A DNA stretch of 64,000 bases from Balanoglossus misakiensis (Eukaryota; Animalia; Hemichordata), in the NCBI GenBank assembly GCA_040954595.2, contig CM082578.2, forward strand, positions 11,229,166 to 11,293,165, read 5' to 3'. Both the position numbers and the translations under genes were made by a program. The notes under the pieces were generated by a model. The model ran no database searches. It was not told the origin of the DNA and saw only the letters and a program-made list of their open reading frames with translations. Below are positions 12,322-26,100 of this stretch, piece after piece. Each line of letters starts with the position of its first letter. Position 1 is the first letter of the stretch.

Positions 12322-13173
12322 TGCTATATTGGAAGACATAACAGTTCACATACACAATCAATTTTAATATTGCTCTGTATAAAATAGATCATTGTTTTGG
12401 AAGAATAGACAGTTCGTTTGATGACCCACGTTCCACATTCAGAAGTTCGTGTTGTAAATATCACTACGCTAACATTGTACTTAAACTGTAAGACCCAAAA
12501 TAAAATAACAGGGTGGACAGAGCATGAACAGACAGGCACAAACTTGGCAAATTGTTACCAGTGCCAGAAATATACAAATACAAAACTGACTTTGTTTTCA
12601 TAAAAAATCTCTAGACTGTTCCAGACAGACAACTTGGATTAAAGACTGAACAGGAACTCTTCAACCCCTCACAATACACAAATAATATAATATAGCAATG
12701 TAATATAGCAATGTAAAGTACAAACAGAACTCCACAGGCAGTGTGAGCAATAAACTAAAACATTGACAAGGATTCTCGTGAGTTGTACTGGTATTGTTTT
12801 TTTTCTGGCAGTAAAATGGTAATGTATTTTCAGCAATCTAATCCTGTGCACCTGGTGCATACCTGTTTGAAGATTCAATAGGAGTGACATTTCAGAGAAA
12901 CAACTTTATATATTTTATACCACCACCTTCTATTCAAATTTTCGCAATCAATATTAGAGTTGAGTAAGAAGCTAATAGTACGGTACCAGTATTTATGTTG
13001 TCATGGTTACACTTCAATAACCACATGACTTGTCAAACCATGGTTTCCAAATCATTCAATGCAAATTACTTGTTAATTGCACAAAAAAGTAAATCCTACA
13101 ACCACACAAAATACATGAAATAAAATAAGTAGAAAAGTGTTCATCAAAATATGTTCTTCAAAAATAACAGCTA

Positions 13174-16100
13174 TCAATCTTCTTCGTCCGAAGAGAAAAA
13201 AGCGGAGTCTCGTTTACGATGTACGACCCTGGGCACTTTGGACAGCCTGCTGATGCGTTCGTTCAGTTCCACGGCATGCTTGACCATTTCCTGCACTGCC
13301 GGGCTCTGGATCGTCGAAGGGGTGTTTTTCTGTGGCGTGTTGCTGGCCGAGGAGGAAGGGGTGGTGTCCCGACTCCGCCTCCTCAGGTGGTACCTGCTGG
13401 GTTGGTTTGGCTGTGAGGGGTGAGGTGGGGGAGGGGAAACACGCTGTTACAACACTGATAAATTGGTGTCAAGGATAGACACATACGAAATGAAGAGTGG
13501 AGACCAATTACATATTGGGTAGATCTTTATAGGGACTTGTACAATCACCAGTCTCTCCGGTGAACATAAGATGACACTTCCTTGCCTTACATTCGTGAAG
13601 TTCAGGGGTAAGTATTCCCCTCGCTTGAAAGACATGGTTTTGTTGCAGTGAAAGATTTGCGCGATAGACAAAAAAATCACGAATCATGCCAAACAGGCGA
13701 CCATAAACCTTGTCTGAAGCAAAAATTGACCAACACACCTGCATGAATGGTGATGACAGTGGCAAAGATGTACGGTTTTTACTTCCTTTGGGGCGACCGC
13801 GCCGTTTTGCTGAAGACTGCTCATCCACATTTCCAAGGTCAGAAATGACTCCTGAAAGAAAGTGGTTTATCAGGAATGAATGAATGATAGCTGACAACAA
13901 AAACAAATAGGGGGACACTTCAGTAACTAAAAGAGCATGCCTCGTGAAAATAATTGGGCAGACGATGCTGCATTTGGGTTTTTGTGTATTCACAGAGGCA
14001 CACTCTTGCAATACTAGAGAGCGGCTGTACCCTCAGTAAAAAATAAAAAACGTATTTTGACACACACTCACTGGAGTTGATAAGTTTGGTTACAGACGGT
14101 TTGCTTTCATTGGATACAGACTCCTTCCTTTCAGCATCTTTTGGAGTGCCGAGTCTGGACGTCGATTCGTCTCTTGCAGACACGGATGGCGTGCTGGGGA
14201 CATTCCCGGGTTCGGAGGTGCTCTCATGTTCGGGTATGGTGGGAATGTTGCCAACGGTTGTCGAGTTGCTTTTGGGTGACGACGGCTTGCCACCACCACC
14301 TACCACTGTCACAAAACTTGTGTCAGAGTCGCTGTCGCTTGAGAGACCATGGCCGTCAATGGCTCGTAATTTCTCCTCTGTTATGGGAAGGTTAAAAGCA
14401 GTAAGAAAACAGTGTGGACTATATACGCACAAACACAACAAAATACTTTCCAAGCTAGGACCAGTTTGACAATAGTGAATGGAGTTTATACTGTGGTTTG
14501 AGTGGAATGCAATACAACGTGGGTGAAAGCAGTAAAAACAGCTAGCTGTTTGCAGAAAGACAGATGAAGTTTGTTCTATTAATCAAAGAAGAGGGAATGT
14601 TAATAAGAGTTATCAAAAGTAGAATCGAAGCCAGTATAGACATCTGGTAGGCAGCTAAATTATTCATACCTGCACTATCAGCCATATCACAGCCAACGGG
14701 AAGCGGTTTAAATAGCCCTTCCACGGGATGCAGCAAGGTATTGCTAGGCAATGGCAATGAACTTGAACTCTGACCTTGCAAGGCAACAGGCAAACACATG
14801 AGAGCTTAAGCCGCAAATGACTATGACGAATGCATCATAAATACTGTATAAACAGCAGGTCATAACCCATTCTGTTGGGGCCCTTTTTGTTGCGTACATT
14901 TAATGTTCCGGCCAGAGCAGAATGGTTTATGACAAAAGCATGGGGATATGCATGAAGCAACCAATTTACTGAGACTTCTGTATATTTCTTTTCATATTGT
15001 TTTACGTTTTAAAACTTTCCATACAGTTCTGTACTTTGATACTTACTTATTGAGAGAAGAAAATTCTTCAATTCTGAGTTCTGTTTTCTGATGTCCAGCA
15101 AGAGGCAGTTGTTGATTTTAGCAAAGTCCTTGTACCTGTAACCTGTGACCAGCAGGAGGATCAACGCCAATAAACAGAAGACTTGTCTGCATAGCCACAT
15201 CCTCTCATAAGCCAAGTCCTGACAAAATGCAATGATACAAAAATGCAGCTTGATACAAATGTAACGGCCAGAGTACTTTATGAATAGAAAAGTTGATTCA
15301 GTTCCTCCAGAAATGGAAAAAAATGGCATGCGATCATGTGTATAAATTTTATTCTTATTATACTATATCTGAGAAAAAAAAAACCATCACATCCATGGAA
15401 TTTGAATCTCACCGAATCATCAGTTGTCCTGGCTATTACCCTCTCAACACATATGTTGACAAACAGCACCAGGAACATCCAAACCCGGGCCCCACTCGTC
15501 CTCGGCGCGGATGTGAGTAGGTATGTGATCACTGCACCCAACACATAGAACAGCAGCGAGTAAAACCCAGTGAACTCGGTCAGCACAAGTTTCTGCAAGG
15601 CGGCAACTTTCTCGAATGCCTCTGAGAACAGCATCTTGTTCTCTTTGGCTGTTGCTTTCATTTCTTCAAACTCTTCATGTACGTCCTTCATTTGAGATTG
15701 CAGCAACTCCCGCATGCGATGTTCGTTGTCCAAAATTTCCTTCTGGTTTTTCAGCGACGTGTTTTGTTGTTGTATCATTTCCTCTTGCATTTTGCCGGCG
15801 ACTTCCAACTGATCGGCGACATTTTCAGAGCTCTCCGCCAGCCTCGAAACAGTGCGCTCGGTCTTCTCGTGCCATATTTGGTTTTGCAAGAAAAAGCACA
15901 GATTCTGCGTGTGTGTGAAGAATTCTGTATAAGCCATAAAGGCCCTGTCTGTAATGTCTGTCGTACACTCTGAAAACTTTTGTTCATATGAACATTCATA
16001 TTTTTCATGAATTCCTAGTTTTTCTAAATGGCAATTTGTAAATGCTAGCGCCAGCCGACTCTGCTCGTCATCGGTGAGTCTCCGGCAACCTTCTTCTACT

Positions 16101-16327
16101 CGTGCAAGGGCGTTTGTCCAGCACATACCATACCTTGGGTTTTTGCCGTACTCTTGTATTGTCGATAACTGCCTTTCCCCACTTTTAAATTTGCTTTGCT
16201 CGTCAGCGGACATTTCAAACCTTGGTCTGTAGCCGCCATCTTCATCGCCTCGGCTACCTGGAACATTACCGATTGCAACTGCCACAGCCAGTACACACAT
16301 CGACAAAAACGTTCTACATGGAAACAT
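13174..16327 (-). CDS. GEX1/Kar5/Brambleberry-family nuclear membrane fusion protein (~626 aa)
   Basis: Exons 16327-15413, 15218-15047, 14774-14670, 14377-14072, 13851-13739, 13443-13174, in frame (1881 nt). Signal peptide (MFPCRTFLSMCVLAVAVAIG), Cys-rich domain CWTNAL..GCRRLTDDEQSRLALAFTNCHL..YEC..C..AYTEFFTHTQNLCFFLQ, coiled coil, three hydrophobic segments, low-complexity tail ending FFSSDEED*. The ORF extends upstream in frame to 16465. Confidence 0.85.
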
Positions 16328-17471
16328 GACGTTTTTCTGTTTGGAGAGATGTCGACTGGAGTAAAGATACCTTTTTAACATGATTTCAAAGCTGTATTTG
16401 AGTCGATTGACCAAGTACCTTCCACAGGGTTCAAATTCAACCTTTGACCTCAACATAACAGCCAATCACGACAAGACGCTGGAGAAAAGTGACAGAAAAC
16501 AAATGTACAAATCGGAAGTGCTTGAACAAAAGAGCATCTCAAAACTGTACACATATCGAGAGGGGGTCGAGTTGAGGGATGAATTTTACCCACACTGGGC
16601 GACAGATGCCACCGTCACATATACAGTGAAAATGACATTAAAATATCATTTTTATTCATATAATACTGGTCGCTGCTACATTCTTGGGAAATAAAAGGCC
16701 TACAATCGGTACATATAGGCCTATATTGAATCGAAATAATTTCTTGATTCGGTGGATATGTTTGAAAATGATGACATCAAAACTGTGATTCAAAATTGAT
16801 ATTCTAGGAATTCACCACAGGAAAGTGAACATTTTTACCTAACTCTACTGGGTAAAGACAATGCTTACTTGGGAATGTTGAACCTTTACGCCAGTGCATA
16901 TGAAACGTTAACTATATTCTTAATTCGGAGTCTAGCCATCTACGGAGAAGGTCTGTTCTGCTTCCATGATTAGGATGTACGTGTATCCAAATTAAGCTAC
17001 AAAAATTGCACATAGTAATATAGAAATCATAAAACATGATTGTGACGCTCTAAAACGAACTGACAAAAAAGTGCTGACACAAAGAAAAGTACAAGTAAAA
17101 TTGCTTTCCAGGTACGATACAGTAACTTAAAACTTGATTCACATGTGAATTGTTCTAAAATTCGAGGTATTGGTGTATGTTATAGGCGAAGGTAGTCTCG
17201 CTTGTCAAACCTCGTGGATACCCGAGATTTCGACTGTGGTTATTAAAACCGGCGAGCGGGTCCGAACACTAGTCTAATGGTGACATAAGCTTGATTTGGC
17301 AGCTGACTTGACGCCCGACTACTACCACAAGGCGAAATCTGATTATTTCAAACGTTTCGTATAAAATCGAAGCCAATACCAAGCTCAGACAATAATCAGG
17401 CAGCAACGTAAGGCTTTCGAAGAAAATCTTCATAAACTTCTTTACACTGGGTAACGGGAAATCTGCATTAG

Positions 17472-19251
17472 CTATAAAGACGCCCCGTGATTAGCTGAAT
17501 CGGAGGTGCCGCCGTAAGCACCTTTCTCTTGTTCTAAAATTTCTATGTGTCGGTGCAACACTTTGTTTTCCGTCCTCAGCTCCTTGGCAATATCTACTAA
17601 CAAGTCGATCAATTTGTTGAACTGCTCTTCGGGCATTCCGCCAGTCTGCGCTCCCATCGCATATGCGCGCGCCCTCGCATCTTCCAGGCGGTCGTCAAAA
17701 CTGTGGTCCCTTATTGAGTCTCGAGACGGACGGGTTGGTTGGCTATCTCGAGAAGTTTCCTTGTCTGTAAGAAAAAAAGATGTTTCAACATATTTTAGGA
17801 AGTGGCATAGCACCGAGTACATGAGAGAGCAGTTCACCCTAACAAAATCGCAATTCTGGTCGTCAACTTTTGACACTGTATATTTCACCTGGGAGTGCCC
17901 CCACCCATTCATCAAAAGCTGTTGCACAGTTGCGGTGACTGCGGTACAACAAAGGGTTATTGTCCATGGGAAGCTGTGTGCTACTAGTATTGTGTACAAT
18001 TTGGCTTCGTGCTAATGCCTGGTATGTCCTCAAAAGTAAACAAAAAAGTCTGTCAAATTGGCATTGTGACATAACATAACGGACCACGCATCTTTTGTAT
18101 TCATAGGAGCATGGTGTTTGGTCAAGTTACAGTACCTCCACACACAGTAAAACGTGCCCATGGCCATAATTCAATGTATGTACTGGAATTTGGAGTTTTA
18201 ATATAAAAGACGTGGCCATGGGGCTGTGACATGTACAAGTAGAAAATTAAATAAACACAACTTCAAGGTCCGCCCCAGTCACACTGATATTATCACTAGT
18301 GTCGACCCCTGTCTTCAAATCATTTTTCGCTTACATATTCATGACTGGCCGAGAATAATGGCCCCAGGTACACAATGACGTATTTACCATACCTGTGTGG
18401 CCATGGTCCCGTTTGCCATTGTCGTCGCCAACGCCATTGTTTTGCACGGCGTCCCAAGCCAAGATAAACGCTGCGATTGTCCAGCTACATTGTCTGGTGA
18501 ACCAAATATCCCCCTGTAGAACCGACTGTGAAATAAATACATTTCCTAGCGTCAATCCTATGACACTTTTAGGAACAATAGTTTTGAAAGTCGTGAGTAA
18601 GCGTGGCGTTTAATTCCTGGAGCGTAATGGTATATACACAATATAATAATACAAGCTGGGTCGGTAACAGTAAGTAACTAGAGACACTTGTAAGAGGCGT
18701 TCCTCGGACCTTAAAATATTTTGTTTAAGAGAATCTAATTGAAGAGACGTGTCCCTTCTCTAAACTATGTGATCAGACAATTATATTCAGAGAGAGAGAG
18801 AGAGAGAGAGAATTCACAGTAGTTTTCAGACTCGAAGATAAGTTGATATGAAAAGACTAAAATTTCACTTCATCATGCACTTTAACTCAGAATCGGAGAA
18901 TCGGACGGACTGGAAGTTGCTTACCACATCCTTTGGGAAATCAATCCTCAGAGTTCGAGTGAGTTCGATGGCAGCGCCGACGAGAAGAACGATGTATATC
19001 TTCACCCTTGCCGTGGATATCCTCGGCAGAGACGTGAACACGAACGTCAAAACGATGGAAATCATGAAGTACCATATCGTGTGGGAGTCAATAATTTGAA
19101 ATGCCAGGACATCCTGGATCTTCTGCAGTTCCGATGTGAAATTGTTGGCGAATGCAACGATATCGTTCATTGTGGCGTTTTCATGATGTACACCATAGCT
19201 GTGCGTCGACGTCGATTCGCGACTGCACTGTTCGAAATTGTCGGGTATCAT
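17472..19251 (-). CDS. Short paralog of the adjacent GEX1/Brambleberry-like gene (TM block + coiled coil only, ~250 aa)
   Basis: Exons 19251-18925, 18525-18393, 17764-17472, in frame (753 nt). IWYFMISIVLTFVFTSLPRISTARVKIYIVLLVGAAIE aligns with LLFYVLGAVITYLLTSAPRTSGARVWMFLVLFVNICVE, and IWFTRQ with MWLCRQ. The true 5' end is uncertain because a possible acceptor (ttcag) lies just upstream of the ATG. Confidence 0.7.
18788..18811. repeat. (AG)n microsatellite
   Basis: Run of agagag in intron 1 of the short paralog. Confidence 0.9.
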
Positions 19252-19699
19252 TTTTTTCTGAATTTTATAAAGTCAATTAATTGCGATAAACAGTTTTTAA
19301 GTATGAGTTTTGTTTTATAGTTAGTTTGAATAATATTCACGGCAGTGCATACTATAAGATTTACGCGCTTATTCCAATCATCCGAAGTAAATAACAGGAA
19401 TCCTCCAATACACAGTGACCCCCTGCCCTTGTTTCAGGCCAAGCTTATCTCCATTCTGATTTTAAGTAGACAGACCCGTAAGTTTTATTACTACTTGAGC
19501 CCCCGTGGAATTCTCCGTAACAGCGCTGGAATAAAAAGTGTGAGACGGGTTTATTAAGTTGAAACGTGGTGGGAGAGGGAGTTTCGGGGTCAAAAGTTCG
19601 TGGAATGTAATTTTGAGGTGTTTGCAACGTAAACAAAATACCACATAGCCCAGTAGCGCAACAGCCATGATCCTATCCTAGCTACAGGTGTACTGGTTG

Positions 19700-20118
19700 C
19701 GGCCTAGCTTAGGGCTACAGGCCTGCTGCGTCGTCTGCTTTCTCGTTCTATCGCAGTCTGAAAACAATTTACACCAGTCACCACTGTCGTGTTTTCGCCG
19801 TGGTCTCATCATACTGACACTGTCAACTCACCAAACCGTATAGACAACACGTTTAGGCAGCTATATTACCTGTTTCCACGGCGATGTTAGGCTACAGGCG
19901 TTCTGTTGTCATGGCTATCAACTGGACGCGACGCTGTACGCGTCACGCAAGGACGTGATTTAAACTCAGTGGAGGAATGTGTATACAATAACAAACAACC
20001 CGGAAGTAAGTTGCAAATGCAGACGCCGATCGAAGTTTTTTTCTGTAAGACTGATTGACAGCGATGTAATATTATAAATACTGATCGCACCCGAAAACTT
20101 GAGACCTAATACGACAAC
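19700..20118. promoter_or_regulatory. Probable ATG7 promoter, possibly bidirectional
   Basis: CpG-rich stretch between divergent genes whose start codons are about 870 bp apart. ETS-type CCGGAAGT near 20000; cgcgtcacgc and gacgtga near 19940-19960. Confidence 0.45.
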
Positions 20119-23100
20119 ATGGAAACAGCAGAGAGTGCAGAGACACAGTTGCAGTTTGTTCCGTTCTGTAGCACCCTGGACGCAGGGTTTTGGCACAAGT
20201 TGACCCAAAACAAGCTGGATGTTTATAAACTGGATGACAAGGCTCGTAATATACACGGATTCTACTATAATGGTAGGCGCTTCCCGTTTCTTTTATTGAT
20301 TGTTAGTTTTAAACCTACGTTAAATTCTATGCGAGTGTGCTTGATTGCAAATGTTTGATGTGTATGAGGAATAGAGAGATCAACCTTAGAGAGATCGAAC
20401 CATGGTTGGCCTGAATATTATGAGTCATTCTCAGGCACTTAGTGTGTGATTTCTGCATGACCCTTATTCATATTGATCACAGGTGATGCTGCTGGATTAT
20501 CATGCAGGACGAGCCTGGAGTTCTCAGCTTTCAATGAGTAAGTCCGTAGTCTGCTTAGTATAGTTTGATGCAAACAACATGGTCAAATTCAAATGACCAG
20601 CTGCTACTGATTTTTAAACCAAGGTAATCTCTCTGCAGTCTGCAGTGTCAATGTCTTGGTAAGATAAAAAAGTACGTTTTTGTGAGGCCCTCTCTGGATA
20701 GACTGTTTTTGCTGAATGCATGATTACTGTGTGATTGTTTACACACTCAACTTCCTGCAGTGAAGTTTGTCAATGAATTCTGAGGGAGTGTCCTTTACTA
20801 ATAAACTGAACTCATGTCCACCACACAATTTCTAATCCTCCAGAGTACCATCCATTCCTCCCAACTGCTTCCTGAGTCACGGAGTACTCCACAATATGAA
20901 CACTATCGATCATTTTAAAACCTGCGACAAGAGGACACTGCTTGACCAAGCTGCAGGACAGGTGAGATCATAGAAATTCTATTATGAATGAATGAATGAA
21001 TGAATGAATGAATGAATGAATGAATGAATGAATAATTAATTAATTACTTATGTGTGTGCTTATGTGATTGAGAACATTTAAGGATTCTTGTCTGCATCAT
21101 GTTACAGCTTTGGAATGACATCACCAAGGGTGATGCCATCAAGGATCCCTCTCTCCTATCCAGGTTCCTGTTGCTAACATTTGCAGTAAGGCCATTCACT
21201 TTCTAATTTAGTCATTTCGTTTTGACAACTACTGGTTCATGGACGTATATAGAAGACAGTGATAGTGGTCTATCATCAAAGATATCAGACACTTGGCATT
21301 TATCATGTTTATCAGTATTACATTATGGAAGCGAATAGAAAGCTGCTAGAATTGGATAATACAATCTCAGATAAGTGTAGGTTGCAAAGCATTATACACT
21401 CTTCTCTTCGTAATGACTCAACTGTGATGGAGCTTGGCTGAGAGGATAGGGCGCCCTCTAGTGGATGAAAGATTCAGGAGCAGCGAGAGCAACACAACCT
21501 TGAGAAATTTCACTTTCTCACTATGATTCATGTCACCTGCAGGATTTGAAGAAATACCACTACTACTATTGGTTTGCATTCCCTGCTTTACTTGCTCCAG
21601 AGAAAGTGACCCAAACAAAACCGGCAGAGACCCTAGATAAGTACTTCACAGCAAAACAGGTATGTACTGATATTCTGTAGTCTTGCCCGAGTTGGAATTG
21701 AATGTCACGCACGTACTGACCAGTTTCACATCCAATTATTTTACAACTCTTCAATAATATGTACATGTAGATCCAACCATCGAAGTTTATGTGGATGTAA
21801 TAGTGCATGTGTGTTTACTTGTGTTTGTTGTTTTCATTTCAGATAGATGGGTTCCTCAGTGCATTTGATCAGTTCAGTAAAAGCAGCAGTAACCCTGGCT
21901 ACTTTCTGATGGGCGTTGATGGAGACAACGTCACAGTGGCGAATTTGACAGATTTTGGAGACATTTGCAAAGACAGAAAGGTAATATTACACAGGTACAA
22001 AACATCAGATTTTGGTGGATACATTGTAACAAAACTTTTGTAACATTAATTTGATATTAGCAATCAATACTGAGTGAATAACATGATTGATTGATTGATT
22101 AATTGACAGATTACAGTTGGTTTCTGTGATCCCAGTACTTTGGATGGATATCCCGGTTGGCCTTTGAGGAATCTGCTGACACTGATGGCTTATCATTGGT
22201 AGGTTGTGTGCCAGGTTGCATTCAGTGGACTTTTGCAAGCATACTTGTATTACATTGTAATGCATTGTAATGCCGTCCTTCAGTACATATCCTTTGGAAA
22301 CGTTTTTTTGAATGGACGTTTGTTCTAATTTTCGTTTCAGGGCGGACAAGGTGGACGAAGTCGTCGTCATTTGTTTCAGAGACAGACCCAGGGACGGTAA
22401 AAGAGAAGTCAATCATAGTTTGGTGTTGCACCTTGATGTCCCATCCATTGCAAGTATAACAGGTATGACACACTCCGATGGCTTTTACTTGAGATGATGT
22501 CAACCGCTTGTTAAAGCTGATCAGCGCACTAATCTCAATTTCTTTTATCTGTTATTTTCTTTCCATATATCACAGAATGCCCAAAGTGTGTCGGATGGGA
22601 GAAGAACCAGAGGCAAAAACTCGGACCCCGAATGGTGAATCTCAGCTCCAGCATGGATCCCACTAGGTGAGTTGTTGCCATGGTGAGAGAGGAGCTGACC
22701 TGCGTCAACACCTCTAACAGAGAATAACACAAATGATGTAGTTAAAACAATGCACCTTCAGACTTCATCATCTGCCTCTCTGCCAAATCAGTGGTCCATG
22801 CCCCTCCTCATCTTCCCCTAGTTTTAACCCTTGTCCACCACACTGTCAAACAATGTGATTCAACCCAGCTTGATGACTTGCCTTAAATAATAAGCCCCTC
22901 ACCTCTGTCAAATCTTCTAATCTTGCAGGTTAGCGGAGTCCTCAGTAGATTTGAATTTGAAATTGATGCGTTGGAGACTTCTGCCATCGCTGGATTTAGA
23001 CAGCATAGCACAGACTAAGTGTCTCTTACTGGGCTCAGGTACTCTGGGATGTAACGTAGCTAGGGGTCTGTTGGTAAGTATACAAAAGAGAGTTGCTAAT

Positions 23101-26100
23101 GAACAATCTGTCAGTGTTGATTTGGGCAAAACTTTTATGACTTATTAGCAAAGATTTAGAAAGCCCAAAAGGTTAGTTACACACACTTATCATGGCCGTT
23201 CATCTATTTCAAGAGGGGTTGAAATTTGGCCCCATCATCCGTGAGTAACTTCTGATGATCTATTTTGCTGTATATAAATATGACAATTGTAGATTTCATT
23301 TACAGGGCTGGGGAATCAGAACCATCACATTTGTGGACAATTCCAAAGTGTCCTACTCAAATCCTGTCAGACAGACGCTGTTCGAATTTGAAGATTGCCT
23401 GGAGGGAGGCAAAGCAAAGGCTGCAACAGCCGCAGAAAAATTGAAGAAAATCTTCCCTGGCGTGGTGAGTTGCAAATGTTACAGTTTTCTCGATTATGAC
23501 TATCGAAGACAACAATACCTGTAGGTATGTGAAGGAAAGGATGTTGCTTCATAAAGTGCGTAAATTTGCCAGTCAGGGAACGCCATTGTATAACGGACAT
23601 CTACAAGCATGTGAGTCTGTACTGCACATTGGAAATTGATAATCTCATGCAATCTTGTCTCTTCAGAATTCCACAGGTCATGATTTGTCGATACCTATGC
23701 CAGGCCATCCAGTTAGTACTTCAGGTGAGAGACAAGTGATCATTTGTGAAAGAAAAAGGTTTCTAACACCATTGTCTTCCCACACAATTCATAATTCTTT
23801 TTTCAAAGAACTCCTAAGTATAGAATATATAGTGGTGAGATTTAACTGTGCCAAAATGGGCGTGGCACTTCCACAGGAGACATAACAATTAGTATTACAA
23901 GAGTATGTTTAGCTTAATTAATCGACAGGCATCGGTGATATTGTCAGATCACATTGCTTGACAAACAGACTTTTATGATGTAAACCAGATGCCTACCATC
24001 CCAATCATGTGATACTTATTCTCACATTTGCAGCTGAAACACTAGCACAAGCGAAGAAAGAAGTGTCGAGGCTCGAAGAACTCATCGACGGCCATGATGT
24101 CGTCTTCTTGTTAATGGACACCAGGGAGAGCAGGTGGTTGCCAACGCTCGTTGGGGCGAGCAAGAGGAAGGTGCGTTATCTTTGTTATAATCATATCAGG
24201 ATCATTAGAATCATGGCAGGGGGTCACCATTGTTGGTGTGTTACAATTGTCTGGGAACTCTGCCACAACATTTCATTCCTTGCCCTAATTTCAAAGGTGC
24301 AGGCGCTACGAGTGCTACTGGTACATGTATATAATTGTAGGGTGCCCTCTACAGCAAGGACGTGCGATCCTTTTGTTTGAACGAGTACTTTCAAAATCAC
24401 CATAGTCGGTTCTGAGGTTGTGAATGTGACTATGAATGAATACTTGTGTGGCATATCTCATTCCTACAAATTTTAGAAGCACTGGGGTTAAGATGCAGTG
24501 GAATATTTGATACTATATTAGATAGTGATGACAATTGGCGACTGTGAAAGTGACACAGAACCTCCCAAGATGACGATCGAGGTGTCAACTCTGGAACAAT
24601 AATGTGCCTTTGATGGACGAGCTGGTGACAACAATTCCCTGTGGGAGTTTAAAGTGTCGATTGTAGACAGGCGCATGGGAGTTTTTAGCAACTGACAAAG
24701 GAACGGTTGTCATTGATGAATGTAAGCTTGGTGTGGAATTGACGCGTCGCCAGTTACATTTGTGTGTATTAGTTACATGAAATGGAATACTTTTAATAAT
24801 TGACACAAAACCTGCATCGTGGATCCCGGCAAGAATCGCTGGTGAAGTGGTGATATTCATGAGATACGTCGTTAGCTGATATCGACAAACTAAGACCCTT
24901 GGCCTCCTTACTTCTTAATTTTTTAAGTGTATTCTTTTCTTACAATTTACAGTGTATTTTCCTTTGCGAACTAGCTCAGCTGTGTATCTATTTTAAAAAG
25001 AGGAAAAGAATGTCAGCCACACTCAAGACTATATAAAATGAAAAATTAAATTAACAAACAGAATGTATATGTGTCCATTTTTTTTTCAACCTGCAGATTG
25101 TTATCAATGCTGCGCTGGGATTCGACACTTTTATGATAGTCAGGCACGGCCTCAAGTTACCCAAAGAGGGCGCCAGTCCCAAACCGGCCGGGAACCAAGC
25201 AGCTGCTGATGTAACTAAACCGTCGCCGAGCAGCGATGAACCCCGGCCGAAGACAGCCATCCCTGGCAGTGAACTTGGCTGCTATTTCTGTAACGATGTG
25301 GTTGCCCCGGGCAATGTGAGTAGTTTCATGTATAAAGCTAATAAACATGAACTTCGGGGGGAAATAAACTTGAACTTTCCCACCAGATTTGTTTTTCTTT
25401 TTGGTGTGGGTTTGCTTTATCCCTGGGATGGAATTTCCGCGCGATCCGTTTGGTCATTCCAGCAACACTTTGCCGGCACAGCGTGATAATAAGGAATTGC
25501 CCCGGAGCCAATGAAACAGTAAGGGATCAGGGGGAAAATCAAGGACAGAGAGATAAACTCTGGAATGGAATGAAATGGTCGGTGGGAAAAGTAGGATCAG
25601 CTTGGAGTGTCCCACTGACAGTGGTGGGAGGTATGGAAAGTGTCAGAAATCCACGGGATTTGACACTGTATAGATTATAAATATTATGGTAACTGTCACG
25701 TCATGCATACCAGGTAATTGGGTATTATTTCTGCATTTTAATACTGTTTTGACAAGGAATGGGAAAGCATCCAGGAAGCTTTAACGGAATCCAGGAAAAT
25801 GTGGATACAGTGAGGTGTCAGGAAATTGGATAAAAATGAAATCAGGGAATATTTGAAGGTGGAAAGAGTTGCATGGTAAGGGATATACCAGAATAAAGGA
25901 GGGAAACATGAACTCCAGGAAATCCTTTGAGGCACTGTGGGATATTGAATATAGGTCAGTCAGTAACTGTTTTCCAAGGAATTGGTGAGGGATAGCGACC
26001 AGATCGGGATGGGACTGAGAATGGATACAAAAGAAGGCATTGGGAGAATGATTGTTTTGGCATTGAAGCCAAAACCAGGATAATGTCAAGGGAGGCAGAC

